In this document: positions 25,403-38,600 of the stretch, piece by piece | Numbering within the stretch: the first letter of the stretch is position 1 | Layout: each line of letters opens with the position of its first letter | Assembly: GCF_006345805.1 (NCBI RefSeq) | Contig: NC_043010.1 | Location: 8,742,001-8,806,000, forward strand | Reading direction: 5' to 3' | Length of the DNA stretch: 64,000 bases | DNA from: Octopus sinensis | Taxonomy: Eukaryota | Translations under genes and position numbers: made by a program | The notes under the pieces: model-generated | Databases searched by the model: none | Told to the model about the DNA's origin: nothing | The model's input: the letters and a program-made list of their open reading frames with translations, nothing else

Positions 25403-25544
25403 TTTCCATGTATGTATGTTTGTATATACAAGTACATATATATATTTGTATATACAAAGAAGTATATATATATATATAGTGTGTATATATATATTTATAT
25501 GTATTATACATGCATATATATGTGTATATGTATAATATATATAT

Positions 25545-25626
<82 letters not shown>

Positions 25627-25627
25627 G

Positions 25628-25659
<32 letters not shown>

Positions 25660-25727
25660 TATTATATTATACATATATATATATATATATACACACACAC
25701 AACACACACACACACACATATATATAT

Positions 25728-25779
<52 letters not shown>

Positions 25780-25860
25780 CATATACACATATATATTCGT
25801 GTATAAATACATGTAAGTATATATAGATGTATATATATGTATATGTGTATATAAAATTGT
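25330..25860. repeat. (TA)n/(CA)n/(TG)n compound microsatellite
   Basis: Directly visible. Confidence 0.95.
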
Positions 25861-26370
25861 GTGTGTGTTTATATGTGTGCTTGTCTGCATTTAAGGATTG
25901 TGTAAAAGTTGTGTTTGTGTGTGGTGTGTTTAAAATTCTTTTTCTTTTCTTTCATTTTTTTCAATGGCGTTCATGCATTTTGTTTGTTTAGTTAACACTT
26001 CTTTTATTCCTTTTGTTGCCCAATGAACTTTGCTGATGAAGTGGAGAAAAATTCCGAGGCTGAGCTGATGTGGTGTATGTATATGTAGTCGTGTATGAAT
26101 AGGTGTATATGTTGTTAGGTGTATAATAATATGTGCGGTTATATATCTAGTTGCATGAGTAGGTGCTTTTGTAGTTGTGTGTATGTGTATATAGCACTAA
26201 GTGTGTAATTGTATACTTATATGTATAAAGTTGTTATGTGATACACACACATATGCATGATGTATATATATGTGTGATACGTGATATGTAAGTGTATGAT
26301 GTATAGTGTGTGCTATGTAGGCAGCTAGGAGGGAATGATGAGAAGCAATGGAATAATTTCACATCAACAA

Positions 26371-26717
26371 AAATGCAATAAAATCTATGCATATAAACGC
26401 ATACATATATATATATGTATATATATTATTATGTGTATTTATATATATATATGTGTGTTGTGTTTATTATATACATATATATATATAAATATCTATATAT
26501 ATATATATATCTATATATATTATCTCTATTATATAATATATAATGTATATATATTGTATATATATATATACATATATATATACATATATACTATATATAT
26601 ATATATATTATCTATATATACATACATCTATATATACATATATATATATATATATTATTATATATATATATATACATACATCTATATACATATATACATA
26701 TATAAGTACATATATAT

Positions 26718-26748
<31 letters not shown>

Positions 26749-26876
26749 CAACATAAATATTTATACACATATATAAATATATATATGATATACATACATA
26801 TGTATATACATGTATGTGTATATACGTATATATGTATGCAATGTATGCATTTATATGCATAGATTTTATTGCATTT
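26371..26876. repeat. TA-rich microsatellite bracketed by a 36-bp inverted repeat
   Basis: Arms 26371-26406 and 26841-26876 are 35/36 complementary. Confidence 0.85.
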
Positions 26877-27529
26877 ATATATATACACATATATATATAT
26901 ATATATTTCTTATTTGCTTGTTTGTTTAATGCACATCAAATGCAACGGCACGCACTCAGTTGATGGATTATTGCAAGTATTTCTACAGAACTGATATCCA
27001 TTCCAATATAGATTGGTGTCTTTTCGTGTGAGAGCGTCTGTCAGTATACATTGGTGTGTTGATGCTGGCATTGTGCATCAGTGGGATTATATATATATAT
27101 ATATGTGTTGTGTGTTGTGTGTTGTGTGTGCTCTCTCTCTCTCTTTCTTCTCTCGATGTCCTCTATCTTTTTTTTTTTCTTTTCTTTTCTTAGCTTTGTT
27201 TTTTTTTGGTTTTTTTTTTGTAGCATGTGTTATTTCTTTTGTTATGCTATTGTTATTAACGTTAGTGCTACTGATGTCAATTGCTGTTGTTGTTGTTGTT
27301 ATTGGTGGTGGTGGTGGTGGTGGCAGCAGTCCTGCTGCTGCTGCTGCTGCTTGTTATTGTTGAAGAAGATAATTTTTGTGGTGATTTTTAGTTGTTGTTT
27401 TTTTCCCCACCAATGTATGTTGGTGATAATGGTAGTTGTTATTGTTACCACTGATAATAATTCCATTGCATTTTGTTGTTGTTGTTGCTGCTGTTATGGG
27501 AGTGTTTCCTATTGTTTTTTAATGTTTTA

Positions 27530-29020
27530 GCTTTGACAATTGTTATTGTCGATGTTCATATTGATAATGTAATTATTGTTGCTGCTTATAATATTGTAAT
27601 TATTATTATAGAAGCTGATAATGTGTTTTATTGATGGGGTTGCAGATAATATGATTGCAGTTAATGTTATTGTTGATTGTGTTGTGATTGCTGCTGGATG
27701 TGTGATTGTTGTTGCTGTTATTGTTGTTGTAGATGATTTTGTTGTATTTGTTGTTGCTGCTGTTGTGATAATGTTGATATCGTTGTTGTAGATGATAATG
27801 TTGTATTTGTTGTTGCTGCTGCTGTGATAATGTTGATATTGTTGTTGTAGATGATAATGTTGTATTTGTTGTTGTTGCTGCTGTGATAATGTTGTATTTG
27901 TTGTTGTTGCTGCTGTGATAATGTTGATATCGTTGTTGTACATGATAATGTTGTATTTGTTGTTGCTGCTGCTGTGATAATGTTGATATTGTTTATATGT
28001 GATAATGTTGTATCTGTTGTTGCTGCTTGTTTGTTTGTTTGTTTGTTTGTTGAGCGAAACGGTCTTCGTCCCAGAGTGGGAGAAGTCAGAAACATGGTCC
28101 TTTGCTATTCGTAAGACCCACAGAAGAGAAAGCAGGTCAACCTCACCGACACCGAGAACATTGACGGATGTATGAATGCGCATCCAGGCTCAGCGGTTGC
28201 ATAGGAAGTCGGGGACAAGAAACAGGAAGAAAGAGTGAGAGAAAGTTGGAGTGAAAGAGTACAACAGGGGTCGCCACCACCCCCTGCTGGAGCTTCATGG
28301 AGCTTTAGGTGTTTTCGCTTAATAAACACACACAACACCCGGTCTGGGAATCGAAACCGCAAACCTCCGACCGCGAGTCTGCTGCCCTAACTACTGGGCC
28401 ATTGCGCCTCCACTGTTGTTGCTGCTGCAATGATAATGTTGTATTTGTTGTTGCTGTTGCTGTGATAATGTTGATATTGTTTGTAAGTGATAATATTGTA
28501 TTTGTTGTTGCTGCTGCTGTGATAATATTCATGTTGTAATTGTAGGTGATAATGTTGAGTTTGTTACTAGTGCCACTGTGATAATGCTGATATTATTACT
28601 GCTGATAATGCTGATATTGTTGCTGCTGATAATGCTATTGTTGCTGTTGCTACAGATAATGTTGTGACTATTGTTGCTTAAGTTATTTCTTATAGTGATG
28701 GGATTGTTTTTATTGTTGCTGATAATGTTCTGTTTGTTGATGGTGTTGTCGATAATGTTGTGATGGCTGTTTTTGATAATGTTTTTGTTGTTCCAATAAT
28801 GCTGTGAATATTGTTGCTGTGATAAGATTGCTGTTGTTGGTGCTGGTAATGTTTTGATTATTATTGTTGTTGCTAATGATATTGTGATTATTTTTGTCAC
28901 TGATGATGTATATGTTGTCATTATTATTGTTGTTGTTACTGATAATGCTGCTAAAGTTCTTGGTATTTTTGTTGCAGCTGATAGTTCTGATAATGCTGTC
29001 ATAGATTTTGTTGTCGTCAT
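27530..29020. repeat. gataatgttg/(TTG)n-rich minisatellite region interrupted by a SINE
   Basis: Recurring gataatgttgtatttgttgttgctgctgctgt and gataatgttgatattgttgttgta sub-units on both sides of 28030-28412. Confidence 0.9.
28030..28412 (-). mobile_element. tRNA-headed SINE, family A, 3' tail type iii with (AAAC)n tail
   Basis: Head and core match 1192 and 17011; sequence diverges after cttcctgtttct. Confidence 0.85.
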
Positions 29021-30173
29021 TGTTTAGCCCCAGGTCAACCTTTAAGTAGACATATAAAAGAAGACATTACAGCTATGATCATCTTGTTCTTATCTTTTTA
29101 GGTATTGTGTATCTTGGATCATAGTATGAAATTTGTCCTCTCCGTTTTTTTTTTTAAACAGATGCATTTGATATGAAGAAAGTTTTGCTGCTGTTTTTAG
29201 CATGTAAAGTGTTTACATACAGGGATACCATATCAGCTGGATTGTCATGGTTGTTGTTGCTGTTGCTGTCAGTGATAACAATATTGTTGTTATTATAGTC
29301 ATCGATAATGTTGTTGGTGTTCATGAGAATGATCTCTGTCACATTGGAGTTTCTTGTTTAAATTCCAGAAAAACAAGTTCATTTAATGTTTTTATATTGG
29401 TATATCTATTTGAATTATATGGTTTTAGTATTCATTTTTTTTTAATATGCTAATCTCACAGAATCAATATTTTTATTGTTCAATTATTGGTTCTTGATCA
29501 CAATATATTACCACACTTATCATCTTGGGAATGTGTGTTGACACATCGATACACTTTCCAATTTATTTGTGTGTGTGTGTCAGTGTCAGTGTGTATATAC
29601 ATATATACATAAATACATGTATCTATTTTTGATACTGCCTTGGGAGTGTGTGTTGATATATCAACATACTTTCAAACATGTGTGTGTATGTGTGTACATA
29701 CATAGCTAATATGTGTGTGCATATACATATATATATATAAATATCTATATCTATGTATATAAATTCATATCCATACATATATATATATATATATATAGGC
29801 ATATAATTTTATGTACATAAATATAGATACATAGATATATATAGATATATACACATGTTTACACACACACACTTATATGATTTTATATACATAAATATAC
29901 ATATATATATATTACACATATAGATATATACAGATGTAAATATATATGTATACATATGTATACACACACATACATATATACATGTGCATATGTATGTATA
30001 CACATATATTATTCACACAGAAACATAAATTTCACCAACATCACCATCTTTCCTTACTGTAAGCACTACACACATACACACATACTCACATACCCACATA
30101 CTCACACACATACACATCAATAGGGATAAATAAGTGATTTGATAACTCTCACAGAACATTTCGTACTGCTTAT

Positions 30174-30439
30174 TTATGGTACTGCAGGTAGAGGTTTGGT
30201 AAATGAGGTGAAACTGTTCTTTGAAGGCAAATTCCATGGCTGTGTTGAAATATTTTGATTGTCACTCTCATCTACTGTTGATTTGGGAAGAAGTGCAAGT
30301 TTGCTGGTAATGTTCTGATCAGGCTTTGCTTGATAGGAGCTGTTGATACTATTGTTAATTTCTTTACATCGGTTGAATATCTGCGGTATAGGTTTCTTAC
30401 CGGTACTCCATAGTTGTTTGCCAAGACTTGATTTCGGAT
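30174..30439 (-). CDS. Candidate (possibly terminal) coding exon, S/N/K-rich (xPKSSLGKQLWSTGKKPIPQIF...FTKPLPAVP*)
   Basis: Acceptor ttttgtattacccgttttcctcag|; 88-codon open frame in AT-rich DNA; retained CpGs; phase 1. Confidence 0.45.
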
Positions 30440-30611
30440 CTGAGGAAAACGGGTAATACAAAATATATTTGTGGAGGAATACTCAGTTGATATCATGTGG
30501 GTATCACTTGATATCATCATTCTGGAGCCTGAATTAAAGAATACAATATGTATATCAAAGAATATTAAGATTTTGAAAGTGATTCAAACCTGAACTCTTG
30601 TTCAACATAAG

Positions 30612-31072
30612 CAGTGCCGGATTAAGGCATGAACCTTAGAACATTGCAGTCTGCGGTGAAGATGTGTAACATTAGGGCCTTGAATGAAGGTTGGGGTTTT
30701 AGGGGTTTGTGATTGTTAGGTCATGGATTTCATCCACAGACCTGGCAGAGTACTGAGTTCTGAAGCAAGACACTTCATTTCATTTTCTAGTATATTTGAA
30801 TGAAAGTGAATATTAGTGTCTCTGTGACTGTCACATTCTGGTTGGAGTTTTGTAGTCTTGTACTCTTGTACTCTCAGCCTAAATATCTCAAAAATCCAGA
30901 TAAACTCCAGCTTAATGAATCTATTGGTTTGAAGCAGGTTTAAAAGTTTCAGCCCGGGAGCATCCACCAGCTGGAAGATCTGCAGAGTTTCAATGTAAAG
31001 TTACCAAATTTATCACTAGAGGAATCACAGTATTTTGTAGCCCAGTACCTATAAAATCTTAATCCGGCTCTG
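30612..31072. mobile_element. Non-autonomous hAT-like element
   Basis: TIRs cagtgccggattaag (30612-30626) and cttaatccggctctg (31058-31072) match 14/15; 8-bp flanks aacataag and cacacaag match 6/8. Confidence 0.65.
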
Positions 31073-31764
31073 CACACAAGATGTTAGAGTTCAAGCCTTG
31101 TTATTTCTTCTATTTCAACAAGGTTGAAAGGTTAAGATTTGTTTTCTTTTTTAATTTTTCCTATTTTGTTTAGAAAATTTTCTATGAGCACAAAGTAACA
31201 GTATCTTTGGGTCATATAATATTAATAAGTTTCTTTTGGAAGAGGTTATTACGCAATCATAATAGAGTTGTCAAATGGTGATATCAAAGTTAAGGATGAT
31301 GAAGCTTGTAAGGAATTTGAACAGAAACTCATTAAAATACCATTTATAAGCTGTCTTATTCTGGATAGATTTGCTGTGGTATCTAGTAAATTAGAACAAG
31401 ACTACATTTAAGCTATCTATAGTTATTGTCTATTTAGACTTGATTCGCTAGTTTGATCAGTCTGTCATTGACAAATTAACTCATTCAACTTGGTATGGTT
31501 TCATATGACCATCTTGTAAATGCAAATTGGAAATTTCATTGTAGGGAGCCAACTCACAGCAATGTAATTGATGGTCATACGAAAAAATAAATAAATATAT
31601 AAATAACGACTGTTTGGTAAATTGTTAATTTCAAATATTGTTGATGCCAGAAGTGAAAGGATACTGTACAATTCATATAGTCAATTCTATATATTACTAA
31701 CTTAATAGTATTGTTGCCATTATGACCAAAGATTTTACAATTAGAAATTGTAAACTTATATCTC

Positions 31765-32168
31765 TACTTTTACTCTTTTACTTGTTTCAGTCATTTGACT
31801 GCGGCCATGCTGGAGCACCGCCTTTAGTCGAGCAAATCGACACCGGGACTTATTCTTTGTAAGCTCAGTACTTATTCTATCGGTCTCTTTTTCCGAACTG
31901 CTAAGTGATGGGGACGTAAACACACCAGCATCGGTTGTCAAACAATGCTAGAGGGACAAACACAGACACACAAACATATACACACACATATATGTAAACA
32001 TATATACGACAGGCTTCTCTCAGTTTCCGTCTACCAAATCCACTCACAAGGCATTGGTCGGCCCGGGGCTATAGCAGAAGACACTTGCCCAAGATGCCAC
32101 GCAGTGGGACTGAACCGGGAACCATGTGGTTGGTTAGCAAGCTACTTACCACACAGCCACTCCTGCAC
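31765..32168 (-). mobile_element. SINE family C
   Basis: Full body match to the other family C copies. Confidence 0.9.
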
Positions 32169-32619
32169 CTCTACTTTTTCTTTTAATATTACATTTTTGA
32201 TACTGATAACATTATCAAGCAAGCAAGATATTTTGATATTGAGTGAAACTCTGATAACTTTTGCCGATTTCAATGTATTTTAGATAATCATAAACAATAT
32301 TTTTGTAGTTTAGTGAAATCACATTTGCCTTTTGTTAATTAATAAATGGCAAAAAAAACTAAAAAAAAAAAATTACAATATCAGCTACGATTCATGCAAT
32401 CAGATAACATCTATAGCTTGAAATACACAAGAAAGGAATAAATATTATTAAGTTCTATGACAATTCCATCAAAGGTAGATTTTTTTTGTTTTTCTTTTTT
32501 CTTCTTGTTTAAGTGCCATTTTGCCCTTGTTATAGACTAAACTGGTTCATATATTTTGGATATCATTTTACATCAGTAAAGTGAACACACACACACACAT
32601 ATACATAAGGTTATTACAT

Positions 32620-32652
<33 letters not shown>

Positions 32653-32711
32653 GTATATACATACATATATATATATTATATATATATATATACACACACA
32701 CATATACATAC

Positions 32712-32743
<32 letters not shown>

Positions 32744-32744
32744 T

Positions 32745-33110
32745 GTGGTACTCCATCAGTTACAATGACGAGGGTTCCATTTGATCTGATCAACAGAACA
32801 GCCTGCTCTTGAAATTAATATGCAAGTGGCTGAGCACTCCACAGACACACGTGCCCTTAACATAGTTCTCGGAAAGATTCAGCGTGAAACAGAGTGTGAC
32901 AAGGCTGGCCCTTTGAAATACAGGTACAACAGAAACAGGAAGAAAGAGTGAGAGAAAGTAGTGGTTCACTACCACCCCCTCTCATGGAGCCTCATGGAGC
33001 TTTAGGTGTTTTCACTCAATAAATGCTCACAATGCCTGGTCTGGGAATTGAAACTGCAATCGTATGACCGTGAGTTTGCTGCCCTAACCACTAAGCCATT
33101 GTGCCTGCAC
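32745..33110 (-). mobile_element. SINE family A, tail type i, diverged
   Basis: Reverse complement of 1192-1570 with an internal deletion. Confidence 0.8.
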
Positions 33111-33137
33111 ACATATATATATATATATATATATACA

Positions 33138-33540
33138 CTTTTTACTCTTTTACTTGCTTCAGTCATTTGACTGCGGCCATGCTGGAGCACCGCCTTTAGT
33201 CGAGCAAATCAACCCCAGGACTTATTCTTTGTAAGCCTAGTACTTATTCCATCGGTCTCTTTTGCCGAACCGCTAAGTTACAGACACACAAACACACCAA
33301 CATCGGTTGTCAAGCAATGTTGGGGGGACAAACACAGACACACAAACACACACAAATATATATACATATATATTCGATAGGCTTCTTTCAGTTTCTGTCT
33401 ACCAAATCCACTCACAAGGCTTTGGTCGGCCTGAGGGAGGCTATAGTAGAAGACACTTGCCCAAGGTGCCATGTAGTGGGATTGAACCCGGAACCATGTG
33501 GTTGGTAAGCAAGCTACTTACCACACAGCCACTCCTGTGC
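33138..33540 (-). mobile_element. SINE family C
   Basis: Full body match. Confidence 0.9.
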
Positions 33541-33541
33541 C

Positions 33542-33572
<31 letters not shown>

Positions 33573-33609
33573 GCACATACACATATATATATCTGTGTGT
33601 ATATGTGTG

Positions 33610-33641
<32 letters not shown>

Positions 33642-34200
33642 CATGTGTGTGTATGCACACACATACAAAAATACTAATGTATATAATTGCTTATATTCTG
33701 AACTTGAGGGTTTTAATAACTGTCACAGGTAGACAGACAGGATCAAAGATGATGTAGTTCTGTGAGAGTGATTATATATTTCATATGTAAAGCTTAACTA
33801 GAGAAAGCTAAGAAACGTGAAGTCTAATACTAACAACATTAAAGTCTTCATATCTTGTAGTTGAGGCAGTTATAAGTCAATTAGCAGCTAATAATCTAAT
33901 TAACATATTATTTAAAGGATGGAACACAATGTGCAACTGCCTTGGACATAATCTTGTTTTCTGCTGATTCTAACCATATGAACGATACACGAAGATAATA
34001 GAAACTCTTGGCATAGCTGTGTGGTTAAGAAGCTTGCTTTGCAACCATGTGTTTTGGGGTTCAGTCCCACTATGGGGCCTCCTGGTCATGTTTATTTCTG
34101 TTATAGCATTGAGCCAGCCAATGCCTTGTGAGTGAATTTGATACAAAGACACTGTGTGGCGGGCCCCTCTAAATATGTATGTATACACACACATACACAA

Positions 34201-34242
<42 letters not shown>

Positions 34243-34754
34243 ATATATATATGTATGTTTGTGTGTATGTGTATATGTTTTTTTGTGCCAGTATTTTTCT
34301 CCTACCAACATTTTGCATTGATTTATTTATATACTCATACTTAGCAGTTTGGTAAGAAGAGACTGATAAAAGAAGTACCAGATTTGAAAATTAAATACTG
34401 AGGTAGATTTGATTGTCTCAACTCTTTGATGAGGTACCCAAATATAGCTGCAGTCCAATGGCCGAAGCATGTAAAAGATAAAAGGAAGATAAAAAAAGTT
34501 ACTTACAATTTACACAGCAGTTGTTAATATTATAGTCGGATGGGATCAAGATGATCTCTGACATATAGAAAGCTCATCAAACAAAACGTTTCAATACAGT
34601 GCTCTGTTAGGAACATTGTAGCTCTCTTGACAAAACTACACACTGGGACAAGCCACAACATACACGTTTCAGCATCTGGCCCTGGGACTGTGGGTAATTT
34701 GGGTAATTGTATCATATACCTTACAATGGCACTATTTTGCTACCATATTTTACT

Positions 34755-35110
34755 ATCATCATCATCATTGTTTGACCATGGTCGAGACAATGGAATTTAC
34801 TATGCTATACCAGACTTCACAGTCCATCATGGCATTACGGAGGTCCTGTTGCTGGATGCTGTATCCCTGGAGATTAATTACATCAGGGTAGGAGAGTGTG
34901 CGCCCTCTGGTATCGCAAGTAGATGGCTTCCAGAGGAAAAGAGTAGAAATTGCCTCGTTTTCAGCTCTACAACAATGTCCAGCAAACTGGACTCTCCTAC
35001 CTTTCACAAGAGATGATACAGGTGGTAGTTTCCCATATATTTGTACTTTCGTTGGATGACGCTTCCATGAGGGATTTTGAGCTCTGATAAGGAGGCGAGT
35101 GTAAGTTCTG
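34755..35110 (-). mobile_element. 3' fragment of an RTE-type non-LTR retrotransposon
   Basis: Translation YTRLLIRAQNPSWKRHPT..QIYGKLPPVS..VKGRRVQFAGHC..R resembles the post-RT C-terminus of RTE-like LINEs; ends in a (TGA)n tail. Confidence 0.75.
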
Positions 35111-36149
35111 TCTTTGCTTATAGTTATGTTACTGTAGAAATTAGAATACAATAGGACATGTTGATCTGTTATTTAACTCGGTAGGGCAGTTTTCTGAAAG
35201 AAATTTCACTGCTGAGAGTGAACAACTAGAAGGTAGTTTCCTTGGCACACTTTATTTCATGTTGCTCCAGTCCACTCAGCTACCAACAATGTATAGAACC
35301 TGATTTCAAAGGACCAGTTTTGTCACATACTGCAACACATTGAATCTCCTTGATCGAATCTACTGGAACCCTCATCATCATAACCAACAGAGTGCTAGTT
35401 TTTTTTTTTTTTTGTATTAGCTCATGTTTTAGAGATATAAAAACAGATGAACCTGACTTTTGAAAATGAAGTTTTTTTATCTTTCAATGGAAATGCCATA
35501 TGCATATTGATATTACAAACATTGCTGTTAAATAGTCCTTGTAAATTTACTATAAACACCACAGTAACTAAAATGTAAATGTAAATGTAAATGTTAAAGG
35601 TGTGTTTTACTGAAATTCTAGATTCTCATTAATAGTAGAATGAGCATTTATAATAAAGAAAAGCATAATGAGGCAGAGAATAATTTGGTCCATAGCTTCA
35701 ATGATATTTAGTTGATGTCACCAAGTTCCAAACATTTTTAAGCAATTCTAAAAGAAGAAAAATTTTTACTCAGGAATGCTTTCTACAATTTCTTTAGAAC
35801 AAAAGAGATACTCATAATGTAATAAAGAATTTAATGAAAAAAATATATTTCCATTTCTGAAGCTCTAAGCTTTCTGTCACCATATACTATAAGACAATTT
35901 TGACAATATGCTTACAGATTTCAAGTGAAAGCAATTCCAAAGAAACATTCAAAACACTTATGTGTTCAATTTTCTGTAAATAATTATTAAAAAAACAAAA
36001 CAAAAAAAACCAAAGAAAAAGCACATTGTCCTCACTCAAGTCCCTCCATCGTTCTTAAAATATGCGATTCTTGGTTCTTTCCATTTATTTCCATTGAAAC
36101 AATAAACTATTGTTTGTATATCCAAATACGCATGCATATAGATATACAC

Positions 36150-36477
36150 GCTTGTGCTTGTGTATACATGTATATGTGTGCACACACAAACACACATGGA
36201 CATATATATACATATATATACATATATATACATATATATACATATATATACATATATATACATATGCTTACAGATAATTACATATAGACACCTATACATA
36301 CACACATGTGCATTCAGACATATATATGTCGCTCTTTCTCTCCTCTCTCTCTCTCTCTTTAATATATACATATATAATATTATATATATATTAGATATAT
36401 ATAACATATTATATATATATATATTCTATCTATATATCTATCTATCTATATATATATATGTTTGTATGTATATATAA

Positions 36478-36524
<47 letters not shown>

Positions 36525-36529
36525 GTGCG

Positions 36530-36587
<58 letters not shown>

Positions 36588-36690
36588 GTAATATATATAT
36601 ATGTCATGCATGTATATCTATCTATCTTCTTCTATCTATCTATATCTATCTATCTATCTATTCATCTATATCTATCTATCTATCTATCTA

Positions 36691-36732
<42 letters not shown>

Positions 36733-36830
36733 ATATATAGATATGTATATAGATTATATGTATATAGATATATATATATAGAGAGAGAGAGCAAGAGCAA
36801 GAAAGTGAGAGAGAGAGAGAGAGCCAGAGA
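36150..36830. repeat. (TA)n/(TATC)n/(GA)n compound microsatellite
   Basis: Directly visible. Confidence 0.95.
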
Positions 36831-37378
36831 CAGGTGAGACAGAGAGAGAGAAGCAGGACAATTTGTATTGTGTATGTTTCATATAGGAGGCAGAAATGTG
36901 TTTCAATTCATTTAACGTATACATATATGATTGAAAGACATATAGAACTTGCTTTGTTTATATTTAGAGGGGGAGTATGTGTGTGTGTGAGAGAGAGATA
37001 GAGAGTGAAAGAAAGAAAGAAAGAAAGAGAAGGAGTGGATGTGCTGTCTGAGATATAAAATTAATATGTAATCCTCTAACAATAGCTGGTGTGACACGGA
37101 AGTTCTGTTGGCAGTATGAGATCAGTGAATGACAAAATTATAATAAACCAAGAATATGTATCAGAAGACCCATAGGATTTGTTCAGAGTGGGAATTCTTC
37201 TTGTATAATATCAATTTCATTTGAATGACTGACTGGTATTATATTCTCACACTTAGGATAAAACTGCTAGGCTATGTATTATATTACAAAGAAAAATATT
37301 TGATGAATATTGCAAACTACAAACGTATTAATTTTGTTTCAATAACAAATGGAAGTTTGATCAATACTTTTAATCCTA

Positions 37379-37462
37379 TTAGCAAAAGTAAGCTATTATT
37401 CCATTCTGTAGATGATCTGGCACTTTTGGTCCAAAATTAAGATTTGTAAGATCTGGGGGTAG
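37379..37462 (-). CDS. Candidate terminal exon (LPPDLTNLNFGPKVPDHLQNGIIAYFC*)
   Basis: Strong acceptor ctttttttctcttactag|; phase 0, compatible with 37910-37953. Confidence 0.4.
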   Translation of the reverse strand, partial: LPPDLTNLNFGPKVPDHLQNGIIAYFC

Positions 37463-37909
37463 CTAGTAAGAGAAAAAAAGCTGGGGAAAACAGAATTTTC
37501 ATTCCTGTGAGTGTAAGTATGAATATAAATCTATAATCAAAGTACAAAAATTGCAGGTTCAACTGCCAATAGATATTCTATTTCTCATTGATTTTTGCTG
37601 TAACATTCACATCATTTGGCTTACACAGCAGTAAATGATTTTCTTTTCTTTTTTTGTTCAAAGTTCCAGAGAATATGTGATATCCCAATGCAATATTTGA
37701 TGGGAATATTAATTTGATTGTTCAACCAACCGAAGTTCACTATTTTCTAAGATAGAGATGTATTCATTTCCAGTTATTGTTTCAATATATCCATCTTTCT
37801 ATGTATGGAATATCAGAATTGTTTATGATAGTATGTCTCTTAGGATGATTGTGTTCAGACATTTTGAAAGCTCTACTGAAGACAGGGCTGTTTCCAAACA
37901 AACACTGAC

Positions 37910-37953
37910 CTTGTCATATGTATTTGCATTTGTACATGTTACATCAAAAGAAC
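37910..37953 (-). CDS. Candidate exon (SSFDVTCTNANTYDK)
   Basis: ctgcag| acceptor (weak tract) and AAG|gtcagt donor; phase 1 to 0, bridging 40122 and 37462. Confidence 0.3.
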
Positions 37954-38014
37954 CTGCAGTCTGACCATAAGGCCTTATTTTGTAAAAAGGCAAAACATAT
38001 ATAGACAAGACTCA

Positions 38015-38600
38015 ATCATCATCATCATCATCATCGTTTAGCGTCCACTTTCCATGCTAGCATGGGTTGGACGGTTCAACTGGGGTCTGGGAAGCCAGAA
38101 GGCTGCACCAGGCCCAGTTTGATCTGGTAATGTTTCTACAGCTGGATGCCCTTCCTAATGCCAACCACTCCATGAATGGAGGTGCTAGACGAGGCTGGCA
38201 ATGGCCACGATCAGATGGTGCTTTTTACGTGCCACCGGCACGGGGGCCAGGCGAGGCTGGCAATGGCCACGAACAACAGATGGTGTTCTTTACATGCCAC
38301 TGGCACGGGGGCCAGGCGAGGCTGGCAAACGGCCACGATCAAATGGTGCTTTTTATGTGCCACCGGCATGGGGGCCAGGCAAGGCTGGCAACGGCCACGA
38401 ACGGATGGTGCTTTTTACGTGCCACCGGCATGGGGGCCAGGCGAGGCTGGCAATGGCCACGAACGGATGGTGCTTTTTACGTGCCACCGGCACGGGGGCC
38501 AGGCGAGGCTGACAACGGCCACGAACGGATGGTGCTTTTTACGTGCCACCAGCACGAGGCCAGTCGGGGCGGCGCTGGCAACAGCCACGTTCGGATGGTT
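38015..38600 (-). mobile_element. Family D element with about six tandem 61-63-bp units
   Basis: ggtgctttttacgtgccaccggcacgggggccaggcgaggctggcaatggccacg repeated across 38170-38590. Confidence 0.85.

Noticed and set aside
27740-28530. Regular repeat units resembling a CRISPR-like array
   Set aside because: Low-complexity minisatellite without unique spacers, in eukaryotic context with no cas genes.
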